From the NCBI GenBank assembly GCA_945872365.1, contig CAMBZJ010000003.1, forward strand, positions 7,301-71,300: a stretch of 64,000 nucleotides of DNA, written 5' to 3'. Below, in pieces: positions 26,071 to 34,892 of the stretch (position 1 is the first letter of the stretch; each line of letters starts with the position of its first letter). The notes beneath the pieces were generated by a model that did no database searches, was not told where the DNA came from, and saw only the letters and a program-made list of their open reading frames with translations. Position numbers and translations under genes: made by a program. The stretch comes from Klebsiella pneumoniae (GTDB taxonomy: Bacteria > Desulfobacterota > Binatia > UBA12015).

Positions 26071-26274
26071 GCGTTCCTCGGGGCGGTGGGTTGATCTCTT
26101 GGGGTGTTACCATCGGGGAGCGGGGAGTCAACGAACGGCCGCGGAATCTCGTCGGCCCGAACCGGCCCGACTGCCATCGGAGGGGCACGTCCCCGGACCC
26201 GATCGGGACGTGCCACGACCCCGCGGGTCCGCCGAGGCGCCCGGGCCCCGGCCCCGCTGCGGTGGGGCCGCCGG

Positions 26275-27078
26275 CTAGTCGCCGCGCAGTCGTTCGCGGA
26301 ACTCCCGGGAGAGCGGCAGAACCACGGTCTGCCCGGTCACGTCGTTGGGGGCGACGTACAACTCGGTCTCGTAGACCGCGCAGAGGCGCGCCCATGTCAG
26401 GACCTCGGCGGCCGAGCCGGCGGCGACGACTTCGCCCCGCGACAGCAGGAGCAGGCGGTCGCAGTACATGGACGCGAGATTCAGGTCGTGGACGACGAGC
26501 CCGACCGCGCGCCCCTCGCGCGCGAGGTCGCGCACCAGGTCGAGCAGCAGCACCGCGTGGCGCAGGTCGAGAAAAGCGGTCGGTTCGTCGAGCAGCAGGA
26601 CCGGGGCCTGCTGCGCGAGGGCGCGTGCGAGGACCACGCGCTGGCGTTCGCCGCCGGAGAGCTGCTCGATCGGACGCTCGGCGAACTCGAGCGTCTCCGT
26701 GCGCCGCATCGCCTCGATCGCCGCCCGATGGTCCTCCGGCCCCTCCCAGCCGAAGGCGCCGGTATGCGGAGCGCGCCCGAGCAGGACGAGGTCGCGCGCC
26801 TCCATCGGGAAGGCGACGTGCGTCTCCTGGGGCACGACCGCGATCCGGCGGCCGCGCTCGCGCGCCGAGATGTCGAGCAGCGGGCGTCCGTCGACGCGAA
26901 CCTCGCCCTCGTCGGGCGAGCGAACCCCCGCGAGCACGCGCAGCAGCGTCGACTTCCCCGATCCGTTGGGGCCGATGATGCCCAGGATCTCCCCGGGAGC
27001 GATCGCTGCGTCGACCCGGCGCAGCGCCTCGCGGAGGCCGTAGCGGACGGTGACGCCGCTCGCCTCGATCGCACTCAA
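26275..27078 (-). CDS. ABC transporter ATP-binding protein (FecE/BtuD-type, iron-chelate or cobalamin importer family)
   Basis: A TTG start at 27078 overlaps the permease stop as TTGA. The product has Walker A GPNGSGKST, the signature LSGGERQRV and Walker B LLLDEP. The large upstream part of the tracked ORF is shadow. Confidence 0.85.
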   Translation of the reverse strand: MSAIEASGVTVRYGLREALRRVDAAIAPGEILGIIGPNGSGKSTLLRVLAGVRSPDEGEVRVDGRPLLDISARERGRRIAVVPQETHVAFPMEARDLVLLGRAPHTGAFGWEGPEDHRAAIEAMRRTETLEFAERPIEQLSGGERQRVVLARALAQQAPVLLLDEPTAFLDLRHAVLLLDLVRDLAREGRAVGLVVHDLNLASMYCDRLLLLSRGEVVAAGSAAEVLTWARLCAVYETELYVAPNDVTGQTVVLPLSREFRERLRGD

Positions 27079-28133
27079 GAGTCGGCCCACCCCGTCGAGC
27101 GCAGCGCCTGGCGGCGCAGCATCACGAGGAAGAAGGGGCCGCCGCAGAGCGCGGTGACCACGCCCACCGGGAGCTCGGCCGGGGCGAGCAGCGTGCGGGC
27201 GAGGGTGTCGGCGAGCACGAGGAAGGCGGCACCGGCCCACATCGAGCCCGGCAGCAGGAGCCGCTGGTCGCCTCCGACGGCAAGTCGCACCAGGTGGGGA
27301 ACGATCAGACCGACGAAGCCGATCATGCCCGACGAAGGAACCGCCCCGGCCACCAGGAGCGCGACCGCGAGGTAGACGCGACGCCGCGCGCTCGCCACGT
27401 CGACGCCGAGGCTCGCCGCCCCCTCGTCCCCGAGCGAGAGCACGTTCAGGTCGCGGGCGCTCGACGAAAGCAGGAGAAGCCCCGCCGCGAGGGTGATCGC
27501 CGCGAGAGCGCTCCACGCGGCGCCGCGGACCGAGATGGCGCCGATCACCCAGGAGAGAATCCCGCTGCCGCGATCGACGTCGGAGAGCGCGTGCACGAAG
27601 GTGATGAGCGCGGCCGCGAACGAGTTGAACACGACGCCGGTGAGCAGCAGGCTGGTCGGGTTCACCGCACCGGCTGCGCCCGCGACACGCTGCACCAGCG
27701 CTGCCGTCGCGAGGGCACCGGCAAAGGCCGCCGCCGGCACGACCATGAGCGCCCCACGGCCCCCGAAGGCGGCCCCCGCAGCCCCGATCGGCACGAGCAG
27801 GGTTGCGGCGATGCCCGCGAGCGCGGCGCCACCGGAGATGCCGAGGACGTGCGGGCAGGCGAGCGGGTTGCGCAACAAGGCCTGCAGACCTGCTCCGGCG
27901 AGACCGAGCGCGCCGCCGACGAGCGCCGCGAGAAGGATGCGCGGGGCCCGCGCACCGACGAGGATGACGTGCGCGGGGTCGTCGGCCGGGGCCCGCCAGG
28001 CGGCGAGCGGGTCGATGCGCACCGGGCCCACCGAAAGCGCGGCGAGGATCACCGCCACGAGCACCAGCAGGCCGAGCAGGTGCAGGACCGCAGCGCGACC
28101 CGGACCGCGGCGCGCGACTGCCGACGAGTTCAC
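27075..28133 (-). CDS. FecCD-family ABC permease (iron-siderophore / B12 type)
   Basis: The product is a ~350-aa polytopic protein with FecCD motifs (...NPLACPHVLGISGGAALA..., ...GFVGLIVPHLVRL...). The start is a GTG at ~28133; it is uncertain by 1 nt because of a local reading ambiguity at 28131-28150. Confidence 0.8.
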   Translation of the reverse strand: MNSSAVARRGPGRAAVLHLLGLLVLVAVILAALSVGPVRIDPLAAWRAPADDPAHVILVGARAPRILLAALVGGALGLAGAGLQALLRNPLACPHVLGISGGAALAGIAATLLVPIGAAGAAFGGRGALMVVPAAAFAGALATAALVQRVAGAAGAVNPTSLLLTGVVFNSFAAALITFVHALSDVDRGSGILSWVIGAISVRGAAWSALAAITLAAGLLLLSSSARDLNVLSLGDEGAASLGVDVASARRRVYLAVALLVAGAVPSSGMIGFVGLIVPHLVRLAVGGDQRLLLPGSMWAGAAFLVLADTLARTLLAPAELPVGVVTALCGGPFFLVMLRRQALRSTGWADS

Positions 28134-29245
28134 GGGGCCCCCGCCCCGTGACCGCCGCCCGCTGCGGACGGCACCGCCGCCGTCGACTCCCGGGCCGGGG
28201 GTACAAAAGGAAGCGTGCCTTCCCACACCAGGGTCTCGATCTCGCGGGCCGATTCGCCGAGATGGGGCCCCGGGCGCAGCAGCGAGGCCGACCGGACCGG
28301 GCGGATCCGTTTCTCGCGGACGGCCGGCAGCGATTCGAAGGATTTCCACCAGGCGAACAGGGCCGAACCTCCCTCGGAACCCATCGCGCCGTCGAGGATG
28401 ACGTCGGGCGCGCCGGCCACCACCGCTTCGAGGGACAGTCGGGGCCAGCGCTGGCCCGCCCCTGCGGCGACGTTGGTCGCACCCGTCGCGCGCAGCAACT
28501 CGTCGAGGAACGTTCCCTCGCCGACGACCAGCAGCGGATCGTGTCCGACCACGAAGAGTACGCGACGCGCCCCACGGTGCGCGCTGCGCACGCGCACCTC
28601 CTCGATCTCGCGGCGCAGGCGCTCGACCAGCGTGCGTGCCTCCGGCTCCCTTCCCACCCAGCGGCCGACCTCGATCATCGCGCGCCACGCATCTTCGAGC
28701 GTCGCCTCGCCGACCATCGCGACCGGCACGCCGAGCGTGCGCAGGCGCTCGACGGCGACGCGGTTGCTCGGGGTCGGCACGCCGAGAACGACGCCCGGTC
28801 GCAGGGAGAGGATCGTCTCGACCGAGGGTTCGAGATAACTGCCCGCGCGCGGCAACTCGCGCGCCCCGGGCGGGATCTCGCACTGGTCGGAAACGGCGAC
28901 CAGGCGATCCTCGGCGCCGAGGGCGAAGATCGTCTCCGTGACCGACGGGGCGAGCGAGACGATGCGGCGGGCGCCATCGACCGGGGGAACCGGCTGGTCG
29001 ACGAAAGGCGGCGGGAGCGGCGTGGCGGGAAGCGCCGGGGACCCATCCGCCGCAACCGCCGGCACGGGTGAACCAGCCGGGGGTGCTGCGGGAAGCGTCG
29101 ACGCGGCACCCGTGGAGCCGGCAGACACGACGACCAAGGCGAGCAGAAGTGCCCGGCACGCCCCGCGCCGGTGGATCGTGCCCCCGCCCGGGCCGGGGCG
29201 CGACCTGCACCACGCCCCGGGATCGATGCCCCGTCGGCCCGCCAC
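28130..29245 (-). CDS. periplasmic substrate-binding protein of the ABC importer (BtuF/FecB-like, class III SBP)
   Basis: The GTG at 29245 is preceded by GAGAGG. The product has an RR-containing N-region plus a hydrophobic signal, a Pro/Ala-rich linker, then a BtuF-like fold (IVSLAPSVTETIFALGA..DRLVAVSD). Confidence 0.75.
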   Translation of the reverse strand: MAGRRGIDPGAWCRSRPGPGGGTIHRRGACRALLLALVVVSAGSTGAASTLPAAPPAGSPVPAVAADGSPALPATPLPPPFVDQPVPPVDGARRIVSLAPSVTETIFALGAEDRLVAVSDQCEIPPGARELPRAGSYLEPSVETILSLRPGVVLGVPTPSNRVAVERLRTLGVPVAMVGEATLEDAWRAMIEVGRWVGREPEARTLVERLRREIEEVRVRSAHRGARRVLFVVGHDPLLVVGEGTFLDELLRATGATNVAAGAGQRWPRLSLEAVVAGAPDVILDGAMGSEGGSALFAWWKSFESLPAVREKRIRPVRSASLLRPGPHLGESAREIETLVWEGTLPFVPPARESTAAVPSAAGGGHGAGAP

Positions 29246-29373
29246 CTCTCGCGGGTACGGTTGCCGGGCGCGGGAAGCAAGACGGCCACGCGAGCGCGGC
29301 GGCTTCCCGTGCAGGAAGCCGCCGCCTGGAATCCGCGCCGACCGGTCGTGGCCGTCGACGTCGGAACGTTCGC

Positions 29374-30588
29374 TCAGAAGCTCAGGATCACGTCCATGCC
29401 GAAGATGCCCGTGTTCACCGGCAGGCCGGCCGGATTGTTCGCGCTCTCGGTCGAACCGGGCCCCCACTGGTAGCGACCCTCGGGGCGCAGCGTCAGGTTC
29501 GGCAGCGGCTTGATATTGAAGCCCGCGGTGACCTCGTAATAGTCGACCGACTGGTTGCGGTACCACTCCGCCCGGGCCCCCACGCCGAGTTCGTCCATGA
29601 TCGAGTAGAGCAGGTAGTTCGTGATGCCGGCCGTATTGTAGTGGCCGTCGCCGTTGTCGATCTGGGTCAGGTCGCTCAACAGGACGTAGGAAAGGTTCTC
29701 GTACGGCTTGGTGTTGATCACGATGCTGTGGGTGTAGCCCGAACCGATCCAGCCGAGGTCGCCGGCCGTGAGCAGGTAGGTGGCCGACAGCCAGTCCCAG
29801 GGCGCGTAGCTCAGGCCGCCCACGAAGTTGTTGCCGCCCTTGTACTGGTCGAAGCCGGTATCCCAGCCCAGCGTGTAGCCGCCCCACAGCGTGAGTTTCT
29901 CGATGCCGGTGTAGCTCGCGAGAGCACCGGTGTGGGTGAAGGGCTCGCTCAGGTACATGGTCATCGCGTGGCTGAAGAAGAAGTTCCCGGTCGCGGGCAC
30001 GACTTCGTAGCCTAGCGGCGTATAGAAGTGACCACCCTTTACGGAGACGTCCTTGTAGGCCGCTTCGAGGTAGGCCTGTGGAATCGCGAAGCCGTAGATG
30101 CCCTTGGTCATGCGGCCCGAGAAGTCGTACTTGCCGAAGCGGTTGCCGAAGGCCTGCGTGTCCTGAGCGTCGGTGCCGTAGACGAAGTCGACGCGGCCGC
30201 CGAGGTCGAAGCCGTTCTTGCCGTCGACCTTCTTCTCGGCGTAGAGCCAGCTCTGCTGATTGCGGAACCCGTTGGGGTGCTTGTCGAACAGGCCGTCGGA
30301 GTTGGTGTAGGTGCTCTGCTGTACCCATCCCCCGATGTCGTAGAGCGACTCGTCCCCGAACAGCGACTTGCCGAGGTCCCAGCCAGCGCCCTTGTTGCTG
30401 AGCGTCGAGATCACGGGGGCCTCGTAGTAGCCCGGGCCGAGGTTGCGGGACGGAGCGGCCTCCACGGGCGCGGCGCCCGGCTTCTGGTCGACGTCCTCCG
30501 CTTCTTCTGCCGCCCAGCCCAAGGCGGGAAACGCGAGGGCCGCACAGGCCAGCATTCCGATCACTCGTCTCGTCAAGGTCGATCTCAT
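29374..30588 (-). CDS. outer-membrane beta-barrel porin-like protein
   Basis: The ATG at 30588 follows GGAGGAAA. The product has a signal peptide (VIGMLACAALAFPALGWAAEE), alternating aromatic/Gly-rich beta-strand patterns (WGGYTLGWDTGF, YLLYSIMDELGVGARAEWY) and a C-terminal Phe (ILSF). Confidence 0.65.
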   Translation of the reverse strand: MRSTLTRRVIGMLACAALAFPALGWAAEEAEDVDQKPGAAPVEAAPSRNLGPGYYEAPVISTLSNKGAGWDLGKSLFGDESLYDIGGWVQQSTYTNSDGLFDKHPNGFRNQQSWLYAEKKVDGKNGFDLGGRVDFVYGTDAQDTQAFGNRFGKYDFSGRMTKGIYGFAIPQAYLEAAYKDVSVKGGHFYTPLGYEVVPATGNFFFSHAMTMYLSEPFTHTGALASYTGIEKLTLWGGYTLGWDTGFDQYKGGNNFVGGLSYAPWDWLSATYLLTAGDLGWIGSGYTHSIVINTKPYENLSYVLLSDLTQIDNGDGHYNTAGITNYLLYSIMDELGVGARAEWYRNQSVDYYEVTAGFNIKPLPNLTLRPEGRYQWGPGSTESANNPAGLPVNTGIFGMDVILSF

Positions 30589-30855
30589 GATGGTTTCCTC
30601 CAGGTTCGTCGGCCGCCATGCTGCGCTCGGGGCGCGCAGCCTGACCCAGCAACGCACATGCCACCGCGAAGTCGGCCGGATCGGGCGGAAACCCACGCCG
30701 CGATGCCGCCCTTGCGGATGCGTGCCTGTTTAGCGGGCAGCAGTTGCCGCCGGAGTGGGCGGTCCTTCGTCCGGCAGCGGCGCATCCGGCCCCGCGGCAG
30801 GCACCCGCGCCGTTCGGCTCGCCCCGCTGCGCGCGGGCAAGCCCCGCCGCAGCGC

Positions 30856-31542
30856 CTACGACTTACCGGGGGAGCGACGACGGGTCTTCGGCGTCGGCGG
30901 CGCGGCGGCGCGCGGGCGCAGTCGCCGATTGGCCGGCTTGACCTTGGGCTTCGTCCCAGCGACGCCCCGCTCGTCCGGACCGGCCGGCTTCGCCGCAGCG
31001 AGCAGGGACCTCACGCGGCCCCCCAGGATCGCGCCGAGTCCGCCCCGCGCCGCCGACGGCCGAACATCCTCCGCGTCGTTCGGGCCGGTTTCGCCGGGCA
31101 GGAGGGCTGCGAGCGGCGGAAAGGACCCCAGCATCTCGAGCCAGGAGGACGGGGCCGGGGTGTCGCGTCCGGACCTGCCGCCCGGCGCGACGCCGCGAAA
31201 CGCGTCTTCGGCCCACCGGGCCAGTTCGGCGTAGCCGTCGAGCGCACGCTCGGCGATGACCGCGATCTGCCCGCTCCTCTCGGTCGGTGCGCCCGCCTGC
31301 CGCTCCACTTCGGCGATGAGCGCGTCGAGACGGGCGAGATGGCCGCGGAAGACCTCCGGCAGGCGCTCGGGCGACCGGGCCTCCGCCGCGCCGGACGCGA
31401 CCGGTCGACGACGCGCGCGCCGGCCGGTAGCGGGCGCGGCCCCGGTCGCCCGCGCGACGGCGGCAGGAGGCGACGTGTTCTTCGCCCGGGACTTCTCGGG
31501 CTTGCGCCGCCGGGGCGGCGTTTTGCGCCCGTCCTTTGCCAT
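30856..31542 (-). CDS. Lys/Pro/Ala-rich histone-H1-like / phasin-like protein (hypothetical)
   Basis: The ATG at 31542 gives MAKDGRKTPPRRRKPEKSRAKN... A central predicted helical segment (LARLDALIAEVERQAG) is followed by a KP-rich tail (TKPKVKPANRRLRPRAAAPPTPKTRRR). Codon bias supports the minus strand; the rest of the tracked 533-aa ORF is shadow. Confidence 0.45.
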   Translation of the reverse strand: MAKDGRKTPPRRRKPEKSRAKNTSPPAAVARATGAAPATGRRARRRPVASGAAEARSPERLPEVFRGHLARLDALIAEVERQAGAPTERSGQIAVIAERALDGYAELARWAEDAFRGVAPGGRSGRDTPAPSSWLEMLGSFPPLAALLPGETGPNDAEDVRPSAARGGLGAILGGRVRSLLAAAKPAGPDERGVAGTKPKVKPANRRLRPRAAAPPTPKTRRRSPGKS

Positions 31543-31583
31543 CTCCGCTCCCGATCGGCCCCTACCTGCCCGGCGGCCGCCGG

Positions 31584-32687
31584 TCAGACGGGTGCGTCGA
31601 GAAGTGCTGCCGCGATCTCGCGCAGCGCGGGCGCCTCTGGCGTGTAGCGGACGCACAGGCTCTGCGCCCGTTCGCTGTGGAAGCGCAGGCGGTGCTCGAC
31701 GACGAAACCGGCCCCGCCGTGGAGGTGGTGCGCCGCCCAGCAGATCCGCTTGAACGCCTGTCCGACCCAGGCGACGGCACTCGTCATCTCCATGTCGCGC
31801 TCGCGACCCGAGGCGATCCGGGTGATCGCCTGCCAGGCGAGGTGGCGCGCCGCGGTGTGGGTGGTTCCCATGTCCGCGACCTGATGGCGAACGGCCTGGA
31901 AGATCGCGATCTTCTGGCCGAATTGCTCGCGCTGCTTCACGTACTCGACGGTCATGTCGAGCACCGCGCTCATGCCGCCGGTCATCTCGGCGAGTGCGAG
32001 CGCGGTCTGCACGCGCCACACCCGGTCGAGGACGTCCGCGCCGCCGCGCGCCGACGCGATCTCGCGCACCACCGCCGCGTCCCGGTAGTGGACGTGCGCC
32101 TGGCGGTCGCCCCCGAAGGTCCGCAAGGGCTGCAACGACACGCCGGCCGAGCGGCGGTCCACCACGACGAACACCGGCTGGCTTGCCGCGCGCGAAGCGA
32201 CCAGGTGGAACTCCGCTTCCGCCGCGTCGGGCACGTAGGCCTTGCCGCCGCTCACGATGCGCGCCGCGGGCGATCCGCCGAGGCGCGTCGAGAAGCGCCC
32301 TGGGTCGCGATCCCGGATCTCGTCGATGGCGACCGCGAGGCGGCTCTCGCCGCGCCCGATCGGCCCGAGCAGCGGATCGTCCGGGGCGATGGCCGCGAGC
32401 ACGTTGGCCGAACGGATCGCCCCGAGGAGCGGTCTGGGCAACAGTCCACGCGCGCACTCCTCGACCAGGCTCGCGACGTCCACCAGGTCGGCGCCGCCGC
32501 CGCCCGCGGCAGCCGGGAGTCCGAGGGCGATCCAGCCCAAGTCGGCGACCGTGCGCCCAAGGGCTGGATCGAAACCCGTCGCGTCGGACTCCCAGCGCAG
32601 GAGCTTGTCCGGGTCGACCTCGCGGGAGAGCACCTCGCGCGCGGCGGCCTGGAGTTCGCGCTGCTCCGTTGATGGTTCCGGCCTCAT
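31584..32687 (-). CDS. acyl-CoA dehydrogenase family protein (smaller partner of an ACAD pair)
   Basis: The ATG at 32687 overlaps the upstream ACAD stop as ATGA. The product has an ACAD C-terminal helical domain (IFQAVRHQVADM, WAAHHLHGGAGF). Confidence 0.75.
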   Translation of the reverse strand: MRPEPSTEQRELQAAAREVLSREVDPDKLLRWESDATGFDPALGRTVADLGWIALGLPAAAGGGGADLVDVASLVEECARGLLPRPLLGAIRSANVLAAIAPDDPLLGPIGRGESRLAVAIDEIRDRDPGRFSTRLGGSPAARIVSGGKAYVPDAAEAEFHLVASRAASQPVFVVVDRRSAGVSLQPLRTFGGDRQAHVHYRDAAVVREIASARGGADVLDRVWRVQTALALAEMTGGMSAVLDMTVEYVKQREQFGQKIAIFQAVRHQVADMGTTHTAARHLAWQAITRIASGRERDMEMTSAVAWVGQAFKRICWAAHHLHGGAGFVVEHRLRFHSERAQSLCVRYTPEAPALREIAAALLDAPV

Positions 32688-33856
32688 TTGCGCGGCAACC
32701 CGTAGCCGAGGAAGCCGATGATGTCGCGCTGCACCTCGTTCGTGCCTCCGCCGAAGGCGAGCATCGGCGCGATGCGATACAGCCACTGCATGCGTCCCTC
32801 GACGAGCGCGCTCGGCTCCTCGGGGTGCAACTGCCCGTCGAGACCGAGGATCTCGCAACCCGCGTCGGCGATGCGCTGCACCAGCTCGGAGACGAACACC
32901 TTCGCCATCGACGACTCGGCCGCCGGCATCCGCCCCTGCTCGAGCGCCCACGCGGTCTCCAGGCCCAGCATCCGCCCCGCCTCCAGGTCGACCTGCAGTC
33001 GGGCGAGCCGGTCGCGCACCCAGGGTTCGTCCTTCAGCGGACGGCCGTCCACCTCGCGCTCGCGCACCAGCTGCACCAGGTTGCGGAACATGCGTCGGCC
33101 CATGCCGACCGAGCCGATCGCCAGCCGCTCGAAGTTGAGCGCCATCGCCGCGTAGTAGAAGCCGGCACCGCGCTCGCCGACCAGGTAGCTGCGCGGCACG
33201 CGCACGTTGTCGAGGAAGAGTGCGTTGGTGCGCAGCCCCGGCCAGACCCAGATCGGCTGGACGCTCACGCCGGGCGCATCCATCGGCACGATCATCATGG
33301 AGATGCCCTTGTGCTTGGGGGCATCGGGCTCGGTGCGCACGGCGAGCCAGTTGTGGGTCGCCGTGTGGGCCATCGTGTTCCACATCTTCTGCCCGTTGAC
33401 CACCCACTCGTCGCCGTCGAGGACCGCATGGGTGCGCAACGACGCCATGTCGGTGCCGGCCTCAGGCTCGGAGTAGCCGAGTGCGAAGTCGATCTCGCCG
33501 GCGTTGATGCGGGGCAGCCACTCGCGCTTCTGCTGTTCGTCGCCGACGCGCATGATCGTCGGCGCGACCGAGGTGACGGTCAACGGCAGCATCGGCGCCC
33601 CGGCCGATTCGATCTCGTCGATGAAGATCCACTGCTCGACCGCGCTCTTCTCGAGCCCGCCGTACTGCTTCGGCCAGGCGATGCCCCACCAGCCGGCGTC
33701 GCGGAGCGCGCGGTGAAAACGGAGCGCGAGAGGGCCGCGCCCCTCGTTGCCCTTGAGCCGCGTCTCGCTCGCGAGGCCCGGATCGACGTTCTCGCGAATG
33801 AAGGCCCGCACCTCGTCACGCCAGGCCGCTTCACCGACCGTGAGTTCGTAGTCCAT
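32684..33856 (-). CDS. acyl-CoA dehydrogenase
   Basis: The product is a full three-domain ACAD (YSEPEAGTDMASLRT, WNTMAH, GGGTNEVQRDIIG). Confidence 0.85.
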   Translation of the reverse strand: MDYELTVGEAAWRDEVRAFIRENVDPGLASETRLKGNEGRGPLALRFHRALRDAGWWGIAWPKQYGGLEKSAVEQWIFIDEIESAGAPMLPLTVTSVAPTIMRVGDEQQKREWLPRINAGEIDFALGYSEPEAGTDMASLRTHAVLDGDEWVVNGQKMWNTMAHTATHNWLAVRTEPDAPKHKGISMMIVPMDAPGVSVQPIWVWPGLRTNALFLDNVRVPRSYLVGERGAGFYYAAMALNFERLAIGSVGMGRRMFRNLVQLVREREVDGRPLKDEPWVRDRLARLQVDLEAGRMLGLETAWALEQGRMPAAESSMAKVFVSELVQRIADAGCEILGLDGQLHPEEPSALVEGRMQWLYRIAPMLAFGGGTNEVQRDIIGFLGYGLPRK

Positions 33857-33959
33857 GCGCGCAAGGGTGCCACGGCCTCCGTCGAATGCAAAACCCGCAC
33901 CCGGCCAACCGAGCCGGCGGGGGAGGCAACGGCGGGCGAGCGTTGACGGCCTCTCGACC

Positions 33960-34892
33960 GTGCACTACGGACACGCGGTGGTCGGCGTGCGCCTCGTGAT
34001 CGTCACCGGCAAGGGCGGCGTCGGCAAGACCACGGTGACCGCGGCGCTTGGACGGGCGGCCGCGCGACGCGGCCTGCGCACCCTGCTGGTCGAGATGGCT
34101 TCGCCGGGGCGGCTCGCCCACGTGCTCGCCGCGTCGAAACTCGGCCCCGAGCCGCAGCGCGTCTCGCAACGGCTCGACGCGGTGGCGCTCGACGCCGATC
34201 ATGCACTCTCGGTGTTCGTCCACTCGATCATGCCGCTGCGCGCCCTCTCCGGCGCCCTGCTCGCGAGCGACACCTTCCGCATCGTCGCCGCCGCGGTACC
34301 CGGCATCGCCGAGGCGGCGATGCTGGCGCAGGTGCTCGACTGGCTCGAACCGCGCGGGTTCCGACGCGCGGGCTGGGACCGTATTATCCTCGACGCACCC
34401 GCGAGCGGGCACTCGGCACCACTCTTCGCGACGCCCGGGACCCTCGGCGGGATCGCCTCGGTCGGCCCCCTCGCACAGTCCCTGCAGCGGATCTCGAAGT
34501 GGCTGCACGACCCGGGACGCACGACCGCGATCGTCGTCGCGCTGCCCGAGGCCTGGGCGGTCGCGGAGGCGATCGAACTCCACCAGCGATTGCGCGACGA
34601 GGCCGGGGTGCCGCTCGCGCGCCCGGTCGTGAACGCGGTCTTCCCGCGACGCTTCACGAAGGCGGACGAGGAGCGGCTGCACGAGGCCGGGAGCGACCGT
34701 GTCGGCGCCCCGGGGCCGCTCGCGGCTGCGCGCTACTTCCTGCGGCGACGCGAGGACGAGCAGTCGCAGGTCCTCGCCCTGCGCCGCGGCACCGGCGAAC
34801 CGCCGCTCGAGTTGCCGTTCCTCTTCGACCCCGAGATGCGGCTGGAACACCTCGACCCGATCGCCGACGCCCTCGACGAGGTCCTTCCATGA
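33960..34892 (+). CDS. ArsA/Get3-family P-loop ATPase, half-size
   Basis: The product has the deviant Walker A VTGKGGVGKTT and an ArsA-type DAPASGH motif (compare DTAPTGH). The start codon is uncertain (GTG at 33960, 33978 or 33987). Confidence 0.7.
   Translation: MHYGHAVVGVRLVIVTGKGGVGKTTVTAALGRAAARRGLRTLLVEMASPGRLAHVLAASKLGPEPQRVSQRLDAVALDADHALSVFVHSIMPLRALSGALLASDTFRIVAAAVPGIAEAAMLAQVLDWLEPRGFRRAGWDRIILDAPASGHSAPLFATPGTLGGIASVGPLAQSLQRISKWLHDPGRTTAIVVALPEAWAVAEAIELHQRLRDEAGVPLARPVVNAVFPRRFTKADEERLHEAGSDRVGAPGPLAAARYFLRRREDEQSQVLALRRGTGEPPLELPFLFDPEMRLEHLDPIADALDEVLP

Noticed and set aside
28131-28150. Apparent 1-nt frame inconsistency between my hand translation and the supplied ORF track at the 5' end of the permease / 3' end of the SBP gene
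   Set aside because: This is most likely my own counting or reading error in a C/G homopolymer run (ggggcccc). Flanking coordinates (27075, 28148, 29245) are mutually consistent. I did not call a frameshift or pseudogene.
26091-28575. Plus- and minus-strand ORFs overlapping the ABC transporter genes (26091..26978 +, 26104..27375 +, N-terminal 500 aa of 26275..28575 -)
   Set aside because: They give Arg/Pro-rich nonsense translations. The ATPase and permease are clearly defined by Walker motifs, FecCD motifs and a TTGA overlap in other frames.
30856-32457. Full 533-aa minus ORF
   Set aside because: Only the last 228 aa (from the ATG at 31542) look like a real protein. The upstream part overlaps the downstream ACAD gene in another frame.
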